A DNA stretch of 64,000 nt, taken from assembly GCA_038728965.1 (NCBI GenBank), contig JAVYSX010000001.1, positions 30,586 to 94,585 of the forward strand, in the 5' to 3' direction. The notes under the pieces are model-generated. The model was given only the letters and a program-made list of their open reading frames with translations, did not search any database and was not told the DNA's origin. The position numbers were made by a program, and so were the translations under genes. Source of the stretch: Thermoplasmatales archaeon (GTDB lineage Archaea; Thermoplasmatota; Thermoplasmata; Thermoplasmatales; GCA-001856825). This document shows, one piece after another, positions 46,378 through 56,302 of this stretch. Every line of letters begins with the position of its first letter. Position 1 is the first letter of the stretch.

Positions 46378-48624
46378 GTGGCTAATCTAGTAATAGCAGA
46401 AAAGTCAAATGTGGCGATGAGGATTGCTTATTCGCTATCCTCTGGGAAGGTGGAGAGGGTAAAGGTCGGGCCGATTATAGTTTTCAAGTTTAAAGGGGGC
46501 GGGGAAGATTACTCCGTGGTTTCTCTAAGGGGGCACATAGTAGAACTGGACTTTCCGTCGAGGTACGCAGACTGGAGACTTGAGAAGCTAGAGGAATTGG
46601 TATATGCTTCCCCAGAGGAACGCATAAAGATAAAGGGCATTGAGGAGGCACTAACTAGACTAACCAGGGAAGCGAGGGAGATCATTGTCGCCACGGATTA
46701 CGATAGGGAGGGGGAACTGATAGGTGTTGAAACGCTGCGTCTTGTGAAGTGGGACGGAACCACGAAGAGAGCCAAATTTAGTGCCCTTACAAAACAGGAC
46801 CTGATCTCTTCCTTTAGCAATCTCACTGAAGTTGATTATAACCTAGCCAGTTCAGCTGAATCAAGGGAAATTATAGACCTCCTGTGGGGTGCCGCACTTA
46901 CTCGCTTTTTCAGCATCGTCACGGGAAGACTCGGCAACGATTTCGTCTCTGTAGGGAGGGTGCAGAGCCCTACTCTTACGATGCTTGTCCAGCGGGAACT
47001 ACAGATCAGGGAATTCGTTCCAGAAACTTATCATGAGATAAGCGTTAAAATAGGGGACGTGACATTCAAGTACGATGGAAACCCGATACATAAGAGAGAG
47101 GACGCGGAAATGATTCTAGAAAAGCTAAAGAATTCGTCGAAGGCTGTCGTGACACGTAGAAACGAAGTAGAGAAGAGGATTCGTAGGCCGTCGCCTTTTT
47201 CGACCACAGAATTCCTTAGAGAGGCGAACAAATTGGGAATCTCCGTTGACAAAGCCATGAACATAGCTGAAACGCTCTATCAACACGGGCTCGTATCATA
47301 TCCTAGAACGGATAACACGGTCTATCCTAAAACACTAAGTCTTAAAAGCATTCTAGCAAATCTCGAGGACTCGTACCTCAAATCAGAGATCTCCCAGCTT
47401 AAAAAGGAGAGTAGGCTTATCCCATCCAGGGGTAAGACGGAAGCAACGGATCATCCGCCAATATACCCCACTGCTTCGATCAAGAAAACTGAGATGAAGG
47501 GAGATTACTTCAAGATTTACGATTTAATTGCGAGAAGATTCATATCTACCATGGCCGAAGATGCAGAGGTTCTGGATGTGGAATACAAAGTTAAAATCGG
47601 CGATCTTGGTTTCAGCTATACCGCATCCAGGGCAGTAAACCCTGGTTGGATGCACTACTACAACTTGGTTTACTATCAAGAAAAACAAGATCCAATGCTA
47701 AATGTTGGTGAGGAGAGGGATTTTTACGGACAGGCCATAGAAGAAAGGAAGACCTCGCCGCCACCAAGGTACACCCAGGGAAGTCTTATAGAAGAGATGG
47801 AGAAGAAGATGCTGGGGACTAAGAGCACGCGTCACGAAATAGTACAGAAGCTTTATGACAGGAGCTTCATAGAAGGTAACCCAATAAGGGTTAAACCTCT
47901 TGGCATGGCAATGGGGGAATCACTCCTCCTGAACTCAATAGAAGTTGCTATGCCAAATATGACGGCGCAACTAGAGAAGGAAATGGATCTTATAGCTGGC
48001 GGGGAGAAGAAAAAGGAAGAAGTTGTGGAAGATAGCAGGAAGCTCCTGTTATCATTGCTTCAAAATCTCATAAATAATTCAGCCAACATAAAAGCTAAGT
48101 TTTACGAGACTCTGAACAAAGAGAAGGTCGTGGGAAAGTGCCCTAAATGCGGGTCTGATCTAATAATCGACTCAACCCGGAATGCTAGATTTATAAAGTG
48201 TATCGGGCCGTCTGCTGATTTCTTCCAATTTGTGCCGAAAGTTGGAAAGATAGAGATCACCGATCAGAAATGCCCTGTTTGCGGCCTCTTCTTGATCAAG
48301 GTCATAAGAAAAAATGAGCGGCCGGAATTGAGATGCGTGGACAACGGTTGCCAGTACAATACGCGCAGGGAGATTCTTGGAAAGTGTCCGGAGGATGGCG
48401 GGGATCTGGTTATCAGGAGGAACAGGAAGGGGCAGAAATTCATAGGGTGTTCAAATTATCCCAAGTGCAAGCTAACACTGCCAGTGCCATACAATGCTCA
48501 GATAGAACCGACAGGCAAATACTGCAAGGAAGATAATTTTCCGATAGCTATATTTAATTACGGTAAAAAGCAGATAGAACAGTGCATAAATCCAAAGTGC
48601 AAAACCCGAGTGAAACATCTATGA
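46378..48624 (+). CDS. topA: type IA DNA topoisomerase (TopA/Topo III-like) with C-terminal zinc ribbons
   Basis: TOPRIM motifs (LVIAEK, ATDYDREGE). Active-site Tyr in GLVSYPRTDN. At least three Cys4 ribbons (CPKCGS..., CPVCG..., GCSNYPKC). GTG start. Confidence 0.9.
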   Translation: MANLVIAEKSNVAMRIAYSLSSGKVERVKVGPIIVFKFKGGGEDYSVVSLRGHIVELDFPSRYADWRLEKLEELVYASPEERIKIKGIEEALTRLTREAREIIVATDYDREGELIGVETLRLVKWDGTTKRAKFSALTKQDLISSFSNLTEVDYNLASSAESREIIDLLWGAALTRFFSIVTGRLGNDFVSVGRVQSPTLTMLVQRELQIREFVPETYHEISVKIGDVTFKYDGNPIHKREDAEMILEKLKNSSKAVVTRRNEVEKRIRRPSPFSTTEFLREANKLGISVDKAMNIAETLYQHGLVSYPRTDNTVYPKTLSLKSILANLEDSYLKSEISQLKKESRLIPSRGKTEATDHPPIYPTASIKKTEMKGDYFKIYDLIARRFISTMAEDAEVLDVEYKVKIGDLGFSYTASRAVNPGWMHYYNLVYYQEKQDPMLNVGEERDFYGQAIEERKTSPPPRYTQGSLIEEMEKKMLGTKSTRHEIVQKLYDRSFIEGNPIRVKPLGMAMGESLLLNSIEVAMPNMTAQLEKEMDLIAGGEKKKEEVVEDSRKLLLSLLQNLINNSANIKAKFYETLNKEKVVGKCPKCGSDLIIDSTRNARFIKCIGPSADFFQFVPKVGKIEITDQKCPVCGLFLIKVIRKNERPELRCVDNGCQYNTRREILGKCPEDGGDLVIRRNRKGQKFIGCSNYPKCKLTLPVPYNAQIEPTGKYCKEDNFPIAIFNYGKKQIEQCINPKCKTRVKHL

Positions 48625-49763
48625 TAAGGAACAAATTTTCCTGAGCGCTTGTATCACGCATAAAAAATCTAATTGGAATGTCCGTTTCAAATTGCACACC
48701 AGCGTTCAACTAAGAAGCAAACTTGCACTTATGCCTCCTCTTGGATAGACGTTATCCACCTGAATCGCAGGCCTTTATTGTCCGTGCAGAGCTATTCTCA
48801 TATCATTTTCTGAGCGTGGGGAATCTCTATTCAATTGGAGAACAGCAGGAATGGGGAAGATTTCATCCTCAATAGATGCTTTCGTGCAGAATCTTAACAA
48901 TTGCACTTTCTTGTCATTGTTTTAGAGAAGTTGGGACGACATATAATTGAAAAATCCACTAAAAACCCATTGGAAACTAGGTACAGATTAATTTTCTTGA
49001 GCCGCAGCATTTAACCTCCACCGTCAAAAAATTTTTGCAAGTGTGTTTTCATCTTTTTCATCTCTTTCTGTATGCGAATTACGGGAGGCTGAACATTTTG
49101 ATGTTGTTTTCTTACTTCCTTGGGGTAAGAGCCTCCGAAATAGTTCAAACTTTTGAAATCGTTGCCTTCCGTCCCCAAGAATCACAACGTTCTTCCTTAT
49201 GTACTTATTATCTCCCTCTTTTCTGAGATTTTTAAAAATAAGAACTGATTTACGTGCAGACGGGAGGGAATGTGATTGAGAAAGTAATACTATTTGCATT
49301 TGAAAGGGCTATCCTAAACCTGAAGAAGGGCTGTTTTAACGTAGCTACGGCACCGCTTGGCCAATATAAAGATCCAACCTGACATTACGCCGGGATGTCC
49401 CGATACGAATTTAAACCATCTGGACTGAATTATTTTCTTATCCTTGCAATATTTTCTTGCAGGGAGACAGGCGGCGCTAAGTTTCACGTGAATGCCTTTG
49501 TTGATTGGTATTGCAATTGTCACTTTGAATTTTTACCCTGCAGCTGCACAGTCCCAAAAATAGATCATCATGCTACACGCATGTTTATCTTCCACGTCAT
49601 TTGCTGATCCGACGGTTCTCCCTTAGGGTCAAAATTGATCAGATTTCGCTCCCGGAAATCAGGATTTATTCAATTTTAATAGACCTCCCCGTCACCCTTA
49701 CAGGAATTCACACCAGGAGCAAGACAAAATCGCTGGCCGGCCGACGGAAAACTATTTATATTC

Positions 49764-49807
49764 AGTATGACATATTGATGCTATATAACAGACACATGTC
49801 ATACTGG
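49764..49807. promoter_or_regulatory. perfect 11-bp inverted repeat (CAGTATGACAT / ATGTCATACTG) bracketing a TATATAA-like element at the smc 5' end
   Basis: Read directly. The arms are 49764-49774 and 49797-49807. The 22-nt spacer attgatgctatataacagacac contains a TATA-like box about 27-30 nt before the smc ATG at 49816. Confidence 0.45.
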
Positions 49808-49815
49808 TGAAAAAC

Positions 49816-52800
49816 ATGTTCCTAAAACGTATAGAAATGGAAAATTTCAAATCATTCGGAAAAAGAACAGTAATTGAGTTTAAGCCAGGTTATACTTCAG
49901 TTACCGGTCCCAACGCGTCAGGAAAGAGCAACATTGGAGATGCCCTTTTATTCGTTCTCGGGACGAAAAGCAACAAATCAATTAGGGCACAGAAGCTAAT
50001 CGACCTTATCCACAAGAATCCGTCAGGTAGGCCTTCCCCCTTCCTCAAGGCAAGCGTTACGTTTGATAATACGGACAGGATGATCCCTATTGATTCAAAC
50101 GAGGTCACCTTTACAAGAGTAGTCAAGCTATCCGAGAACAATGATCAAGAATTCTCATCGTACTACTACATAAATGACGACAAGGCAAGACTCCAGGACT
50201 TCGAATATTTGCTGGAGAAGGTGAAAATATTCGCAGATGGTTATAATTTTGTCAGACAGGGTGACATAACGAACATCGTGGAGATGACACCGACCGAGAG
50301 GAGGGGGATCCTGGAAGAAGTTGGCGGGATATCCCAGTACAATGAGGAGATTGAGAAGGCAAACAAGGAAAAAGAAAAGACGAGTGAGAATATGGTCACC
50401 GTTCAAGCACTTTTAACAGAACTATCAGGAAGGGTATCCCTCTTAAAGCACGAGAAGGAGCTCGCAGAAGCTTATATTTCAAAGAAGAAGAATGTTGAAA
50501 GAGATCAGACGATTCTTCTCATCAGGAAAAAGAGAGAGACGGAGAAGGAGATAGAAGCCATAAAGGAGCAGATGGATAAGATAAATTTGGATATGAAATA
50601 TCTTGATGATGAGATCAAGCAACTTGCCTCCCGGGGGGATGAGCTGGATAGGAAAATAGCTGAAATAAACGGAAATGAGGAGGGTCTAGAAGAACTCAAC
50701 AGGATAAAGAATGATTTAGATTCAAAGAAGATCGAATTTGCGAGACACGAAATGGGGAGAGATGGCCTTGAAGAGAAAATAACAAGTCTTAAGAGGGACA
50801 TATCTGACCTACTTTCAAGAAAGAAAAAACTCGAAGAGGAGGAGCGCAAAAATGAGGATGAGGTTAAGAGGCTTCTGTCCACCGTTGAGAAGGAAGAGGA
50901 CGAAGCCAAAGAGCTTGAACTCACGATCCTTGACATGGAAAATAAATCTTCATCGTCCCTGGAGAAGTTTGATTCCCTTGTAAAAGCGTCCAAGGAGCTT
51001 TCAGAAAAGAAAGAAAAACTTCTCGAAAAAATTTCGGAAATAAATTCCATGATATCATCCAGTGGAACACGGAATTCCGGATTGATAGAGGAGATATCTA
51101 GGATAGAGGAGGAAATATCGAACTTGGAATTTTCAGTAAAGGATCTGGAATGGCGCACCAAGAATCTAAGAAAGGGAGAACCTGAGGTTGAAAACCTGAA
51201 CAAATCGTACATTCAGACTAAGAAAAAGATAGAGGAACTCCGGGAGGAGGAGGAAAGGCTGACATCGGAGATCGAAAAAGTGGAGGGGGAGTTAGGAAAA
51301 ATGCAGGGTGTAAAGCTTTCCGGAATCTGGGACAGCATAAATTTCATATCATCGGAGGCCTCGAAAGGTAACCTTGAGGGAATCAAGGGAACCGTAGACT
51401 CTCTCATCAGCTATGATCCTGAGTTTGACAAGGCGGTAAGAGCAGCTGGGGGGAACAGATTATTCAGCATAGTTGTCAGCGACGATGAAAATGCCCAAAT
51501 TGCCATAGAGCTCCTAAAAAAGAACGGCAAAGGAAGATTGACATTCTTGCCATTAAACAAGATCATACCCGTAAGACCCCGGGGGAAGGCGGTGATGCTT
51601 TCGCAGGATGGGAGTACATTGGGTTTTCTTGCAGACAAAATCAGATCTGACCCCGCGCTGAGAGATGTCATTAGTTATGTATTTTCCGATACGCTCGTTG
51701 TCAAGGACCTGAATGTTGCAAGAAGCGTAATGGGTGGAGTAAGATTGGTTACTCTTGACGGGGATATTATAGATCCAAGTAATGCGATGACGGGGGGGCT
51801 CCTTCCTAAAAGGGAAATAAACCGGGACATCGAAGGTCTATCATCGAAGCTCTCGTCTCTGAAAGAGAAGAGGAAGGAGGTTAGGCAAGATCTAGCTAAA
51901 CTGGACAAAGAACTCCGGGGTATTGCGGAGGAGCTTAACAGAATAAACGTGCAGGCTGGAAAGAGCCAGGGGGAGTTGGAGCAAATACTTGCTAGGAAAA
52001 AAGAGATGGAAGATGAAATCAAAAAGAAAAAAATCTTCTTGGATGAAAGGAAAAGAATTCTTCGCACAAGCCAGGATGAACTTGAAAGGGCAAAAGCTGA
52101 CTTGACTGAGATGGAATCCGAAGTAAGGAAGATATCTGAAGAGATAAGCAAAAACGAACTCGAGAAAGAAAAAACTTTGGACAAAAAGACGAGAGAGGAA
52201 ATTAGGGCTCTTAAGGTGAAACTTGAGGAGGTGAAACGCAAGCTGGAGGAAGATAAAATTAGGCTTTCAGATCTCAGGACCAATGCCATCGTCCTAAAAA
52301 GTAACATAGGGTCTGTGCAAGAAAATATCGAGAAGAAACAGGAATCTCTGTCGGATACCAAAGTCAAGTTGGAGGAATCAATATCACTGATAAATAGAAC
52401 GAAAGTGGAGATAGATGCGATATTGTCTATATACAAATCAAAGGAAGAGAAATTGAAAGAAAGAGGTGCCGAGATAGAGAAGCTCACTGGCGAAAGGTAT
52501 AAGATCAATTCGGGACTAGAATCTAAGGGTGCAATTAAGAAGGCAAAATCCGACTTCTTAATCTCACTGCAGACCAAGATGGAAGATGCGTTCTCCAGAA
52601 TGGAAGAGATATCGAGGGAAATTGAAGAGAAGAATGCAGAGAATACCGATGACCAACGTACTTACGATGAGATAAAGAAGGAAATTTCAACTCTCGAGGC
52701 AGAGCTGAAACAAATGGAACCGGTTAACCTTAAGAGCATTTCAGACTATGAAGCCGAGAGCGCGAGACTTGAAGAACTCACCTCCAAGAAGTCGAAGCTG

Positions 52801-53322
52801 GAAGCTGAGATGAAGAACTTGGCAGATCTGGAAGGAAAACTTGAAGAGCAGAAGAAGGTTGTATTCCTGCAGGTTTTTGAAGCAGTAAATAGGAACTTTA
52901 CCCAGGTATACGGGGAACTAACCAACGGCAACGAAGGGTACCTAGAACTAGAAAATGTTACAAATCCTTTCCAGGGTGGACTGATCATAAAAGCTTCGTC
53001 GAGGGCAAAGAAGGCCGACAATCTGGCATCACTTAGCGGTGGTGAAAAAAGCATAGCTGCACTCTCCTTCATAATAGCGATCCAGAACTATGAACCTTCC
53101 CCAATATATTTCATGGATGAGGTAGATATGTTCCTCGACGGGGTAAATGCGGAAAACGTTGGCAGCCTCTTCAGGAAAAATTCCGAGAACGCACAGATAA
53201 TAGCAGTCACGCTCAGGAAAGCAACGATGAAGTATGCGCACCAGATAATAGGTGTAACATTTCAGGACAAAAACAGCACCGTAATCGTTAAGGATCTGGA
53301 GGGAGGGGTTGCAGCGACATGA
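49816..53322 (+). CDS. smc: SMC chromosome segregation ATPase
   Basis: MFLKRIEMENFKSFG. Walker A GPNASGKSN. Long Glu/Lys coiled coils. Signature LSGGEKS. Walker B IYFMDEVD. The tracked GTG at 49807 is an alternative start. Confidence 0.93.
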   Translation: MFLKRIEMENFKSFGKRTVIEFKPGYTSVTGPNASGKSNIGDALLFVLGTKSNKSIRAQKLIDLIHKNPSGRPSPFLKASVTFDNTDRMIPIDSNEVTFTRVVKLSENNDQEFSSYYYINDDKARLQDFEYLLEKVKIFADGYNFVRQGDITNIVEMTPTERRGILEEVGGISQYNEEIEKANKEKEKTSENMVTVQALLTELSGRVSLLKHEKELAEAYISKKKNVERDQTILLIRKKRETEKEIEAIKEQMDKINLDMKYLDDEIKQLASRGDELDRKIAEINGNEEGLEELNRIKNDLDSKKIEFARHEMGRDGLEEKITSLKRDISDLLSRKKKLEEEERKNEDEVKRLLSTVEKEEDEAKELELTILDMENKSSSSLEKFDSLVKASKELSEKKEKLLEKISEINSMISSSGTRNSGLIEEISRIEEEISNLEFSVKDLEWRTKNLRKGEPEVENLNKSYIQTKKKIEELREEEERLTSEIEKVEGELGKMQGVKLSGIWDSINFISSEASKGNLEGIKGTVDSLISYDPEFDKAVRAAGGNRLFSIVVSDDENAQIAIELLKKNGKGRLTFLPLNKIIPVRPRGKAVMLSQDGSTLGFLADKIRSDPALRDVISYVFSDTLVVKDLNVARSVMGGVRLVTLDGDIIDPSNAMTGGLLPKREINRDIEGLSSKLSSLKEKRKEVRQDLAKLDKELRGIAEELNRINVQAGKSQGELEQILARKKEMEDEIKKKKIFLDERKRILRTSQDELERAKADLTEMESEVRKISEEISKNELEKEKTLDKKTREEIRALKVKLEEVKRKLEEDKIRLSDLRTNAIVLKSNIGSVQENIEKKQESLSDTKVKLEESISLINRTKVEIDAILSIYKSKEEKLKERGAEIEKLTGERYKINSGLESKGAIKKAKSDFLISLQTKMEDAFSRMEEISREIEEKNAENTDDQRTYDEIKKEISTLEAELKQMEPVNLKSISDYEAESARLEELTSKKSKLEAEMKNLADLEGKLEEQKKVVFLQVFEAVNRNFTQVYGELTNGNEGYLELENVTNPFQGGLIIKASSRAKKADNLASLSGGEKSIAALSFIIAIQNYEPSPIYFMDEVDMFLDGVNAENVGSLFRKNSENAQIIAVTLRKATMKYAHQIIGVTFQDKNSTVIVKDLEGGVAAT

Positions 53323-54095
53323 CAGACCTGATAGCACAGATCGTTGATAGCGACAAGGACCAGGCAGTAATTGAGAAGATAATTGAAAGTGAGGCCTCTT
53401 TAGATCTGGAAAAGAGAAAATCTGAACTTGTACTGAAAGTATTTGAGGTTGTGGAGAAATTCAACCTCGACCCCTGGAATATAGACCTTGAAAAATTTAC
53501 ATCCATATTCGTAAATGAAATAAACAAGGATTTCAGAGATCTACCGGTAGCCGGGAAAATAGTATATCTTGCTTGGGTTAACATTAGAAGCAAGAGCGAT
53601 CTCCTTATACCACGCCCCGAGGTTCTGGACGATTTTGTTGAAGAACCTGAAGTCCAGGTTGAGCAGATACCGGAGCAGGAGAACTTTTCTATTGATTACC
53701 TGCCCTTTGAAAAGAAGAGCGTAACCGTAGATGATATAGTTAACGCAATCAAGAACACGCCCCTGAACCTTATCAAAAACTCGGTCAGGAAAGTAAAGAA
53801 AATTATATTTGAAGAGACTGCTCATCCTGAAGACCTCCATAGTATAATATCGGAAATATGGAAGAGGATGATGGTAATGAGGGGGGATCATTTTACTATG
53901 GAATCACTGGTTAAAGGGGGTTTGGACGACTTCATAGATGTCTTTCAATCCTCTCTGTTTCTTTCATACTACGGTAGGGTGTATTTAAATCAGGAGATAC
54001 CTTACGGCGATGTGTGGATAAGTATAATTTCAAGGGACAGTAGCACGTTGCCTATTCCCGAGATAAAGCCAGACCAGGACGAATTCATGATCTAG
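53319..54095 (+). CDS. scpA: segregation and condensation protein A (kleisin ScpA)
   Basis: ATGA overlap with smc. FNLDPWNIDLEKFTSIFVNEI matches the ScpA N-terminal motif. 258 aa. Confidence 0.75.
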   Translation: MTDLIAQIVDSDKDQAVIEKIIESEASLDLEKRKSELVLKVFEVVEKFNLDPWNIDLEKFTSIFVNEINKDFRDLPVAGKIVYLAWVNIRSKSDLLIPRPEVLDDFVEEPEVQVEQIPEQENFSIDYLPFEKKSVTVDDIVNAIKNTPLNLIKNSVRKVKKIIFEETAHPEDLHSIISEIWKRMMVMRGDHFTMESLVKGGLDDFIDVFQSSLFLSYYGRVYLNQEIPYGDVWISIISRDSSTLPIPEIKPDQDEFMI

Positions 54096-54205
54096 TTGGA
54101 AATATTGAAATACTGCCCTACTATCCTTGTTTGGAGATGGGATCCTCCTGAGCTCCAAAAGAGCCGAACACCCTACGGGGATGATGATTCCTAGTAAAAG
54201 GTGTG

Positions 54206-54352
54206 ATGATGGATAATGCAGAGGTAAAGAGGCTGGAGCAAGAGATCCATATTCTAGAAGAAAAGATAAGGACGGCGAGGAGTGATAGGCTGATTCTATC
54301 GAAGAAGCTGGAGGAGCTTGAAAGATGTCAGGCGCAGAGCAAGGAAGGATAA
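54206..54352 (+). CDS. candidate 48-aa coiled-coil micro-protein
   Basis: ATG is preceded by AAGGTG 3 nt upstream. Translation is MMDNAEVKRLEQEIHILEEKIRTARSDRLILSKKLEELERCQAQSKEG. Below the ORF-track cutoff. Confidence 0.3.
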   Translation: MMDNAEVKRLEQEIHILEEKIRTARSDRLILSKKLEELERCQAQSKEG

Positions 54353-54519
54353 TCGCGCTAGAGGGAAGACTGGCTTCGCTCAGGTTCAAGTACTATGAGA
54401 TTCTCACGGAGAACAGAACGATAGCCATAGCGCTTGCAGGTTACAGGGGGCAGTACCCACAGAAGTTCGATAGCGAGATCTCTGAAAAAATGGACAGGTA
54501 CATATTCCTGAAGTTCTGA
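54325..54519 (+). CDS. candidate 64-aa small protein overlapping the previous micro-ORF
   Basis: ATG is preceded by GGAGGAG 8 nt upstream. 28-nt overlap with the 48-aa ORF. No motif recognised. Confidence 0.35.
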   Translation: MSGAEQGRIIALEGRLASLRFKYYEILTENRTIAIALAGYRGQYPQKFDSEISEKMDRYIFLKF

Positions 54520-54521
54520 AT

Positions 54522-54971
54522 TCAATCTTTCGCGATCGTCTTTTCCATTGTGAAGGCGTCAGTACCGTCGTTGTAATAGGATGGCAGAAGACCGCTGATG
54601 GAATAGCCGTGCATCCTGTAAAAAGCAATCGCCTCATTATTGTCCGTTCTCACTTCTAACCTTATTTTCCTGACCCTCACCTTTATTGCCTCCTGTTCAA
54701 ATAGAGATATCAGTGCAGAACCTATGCCCTTCCTCCTGTATGGTAAATCGACAGCAAGCATCAGAATTCGTGCTTCCCTGTCCCCCGAAAGACCTCCACA
54801 TATGAAACCCGCTATCGTATTGTCCGCCATAGCTACTATAAAACCAGAGGGCCACGCCCTCTGTATGTCAAGGAATACAAAATCGCTGTACCTTTCCGTG
54901 AGATTTTTCCGGGAAAGTTCTACGACCTCATCCAGCTGTGCCGTCTTGAATGGGTGAAACTGGACGAACAT
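54522..54971 (-). CDS. GNAT N-acetyltransferase (RimI-like)
   Basis: Acetyl-CoA motif YRRKGIGSALI. 149 aa. Confidence 0.8.
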   Translation of the reverse strand: MFVQFHPFKTAQLDEVVELSRKNLTERYSDFVFLDIQRAWPSGFIVAMADNTIAGFICGGLSGDREARILMLAVDLPYRRKGIGSALISLFEQEAIKVRVRKIRLEVRTDNNEAIAFYRMHGYSISGLLPSYYNDGTDAFTMEKTIAKD

Positions 54972-54976
54972 ACGGG

Positions 54977-56173
54977 TCAGAATGTGCTTATCTCCCCCGC
55001 TACTAAACCCTTAGTTATGCGATCGAGGTTTGAAAGCCAGTCTTCCGCAATTGAAGTGAATCCGACAGAATACCTCTTGGCCACAGACTCAGATGCGCCG
55101 ACTATCTGGATGTTAGCAACGTGGGGGTCGTCTATTGGCCTCCCTATCTGTGATACTATCCTAACGTGAATTTCCGGGATGTCACCACCCGATTCCTTAA
55201 TTGCCTGCTCTGCGATCCTCATGGCTGCAATATTGTAAAGTTTACCCACGTGAGTCACCGGGTTTTTACCTGCCGCGGCCTCCATACTCATGGGACGATA
55301 GGGAGTGATCAGACCCGTTACCCTATTTCCCCTTCCGACGGAGCCATCGTCGCCGTTCTCCATCGAAAGTCCGGTGACGGTAAGATAGTATATGTTTTCA
55401 TTTGGATTGTCTGCTGTATTAACAAATACCTTAATTTTCCTCTTTACTTTGCTCTGGACATATTTCTCTATCAGCTCTCTTGCTTTCTCCTTTTTGTCCA
55501 GGTAGTCCTCTTTGTCCTTAAGATACTTCCCAATCATTGCAGCAGCTATCGTAAGATTTATCGTGTCTCTATTCCTGAATCCCATAACCTTGACATCATA
55601 TCCGAGAGATGGGATAAGTTTCTTTAATTCCCCGTTTATGTATTTCTCTGCAGTAAGCACAGCGTTTTCTGTTTCCGAAAATGGAGCAAATCCGACACCA
55701 AAGGATGTATCGTTCGAAAGCAGCTTCCTAGTATCGTAAAGTGACCTTAGATCGACTGAACCGTGACCTATTCTGCAGTCGATCATGACATCGCTTTCTA
55801 TGTTAAGAGTATCAAATCTCTCTTTGAGGTAATCTGACGCTGCCTTGATAGCGATGCTCCTGTACGGTATCCTTTTCCCGTTAACCTGTGTCGTGGCCCT
55901 CCCTGAGAGGAGAATGTAAACTGGTTCCAGTATTATACCGCCACTAAATTCGGGCTGAGATTGGCCGCCTACTACCTCCACCTGATCCGTATTGTGATGG
56001 AGAATGCGCCCGTAATTTTCCAGGTAATATCTGGAAAGGGATCTGCTGACAGCCTCTGCGATTCCGTCAGATACCGAATCTGGATGACCGATACCTTTTC
56101 GTTCAACTATCTCCACTTCTCTCTGCTCTACAGGTGCCTGTGGCAAAGATTCAACGATTATATTTTTAGCCAT
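54977..56173 (-). CDS. metK: archaeal-type S-adenosylmethionine synthetase
   Basis: ERKGIGHPDSVSDGIAE N-terminal signature of archaeal MAT. 398 aa. Confidence 0.9.
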   Translation of the reverse strand: MAKNIIVESLPQAPVEQREVEIVERKGIGHPDSVSDGIAEAVSRSLSRYYLENYGRILHHNTDQVEVVGGQSQPEFSGGIILEPVYILLSGRATTQVNGKRIPYRSIAIKAASDYLKERFDTLNIESDVMIDCRIGHGSVDLRSLYDTRKLLSNDTSFGVGFAPFSETENAVLTAEKYINGELKKLIPSLGYDVKVMGFRNRDTINLTIAAAMIGKYLKDKEDYLDKKEKARELIEKYVQSKVKRKIKVFVNTADNPNENIYYLTVTGLSMENGDDGSVGRGNRVTGLITPYRPMSMEAAAGKNPVTHVGKLYNIAAMRIAEQAIKESGGDIPEIHVRIVSQIGRPIDDPHVANIQIVGASESVAKRYSVGFTSIAEDWLSNLDRITKGLVAGEISTF

Positions 56174-56302
56174 TTGAGGATTCCCCCATTATTTTCTAAA
56201 ATTTCTCATATGATTAAAATTTTTGTGACTCTCGCAGTAATTTTTTGGAAAACAGTCTGTAAATTATTTTAATAGTTAATGGATATCGCACTGTGATTTA
56301 GC

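Noticed and set aside
43308-49806. Idea that one of the gene-poor regions is a replication origin (ORB repeats plus an A/T-rich unwinding element)
   Set aside because: No orc1/cdc6 gene is adjacent. TTCC..GGAA-like words (for example TTCCTGGAA at 44147) are scattered and do not form clear repeated ORB boxes flanking a DUE. The evidence is insufficient.
50505-52577. Long minus-strand ORFs inside smc (235 aa, 64 aa, 86 aa and 300 aa), very Ser/Phe/Leu-rich
   Set aside because: They are the mirror image of the Glu/Lys/Leu-rich coiled-coil codons of SMC (GAA/GAG/AAG read as TTC/CTC/CTT on the opposite strand). They are low-complexity with no start context. They are antisense artefacts.
54179-54235. 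ATGATGA ... TGATGA pair resembling C and C' boxes of an archaeal C/D box sRNA
   Set aside because: No CTGA D or D' boxes occur at the required ~12-nt spacings. The second box is the ATGATG start of a Shine-Dalgarno-preceded micro-ORF.
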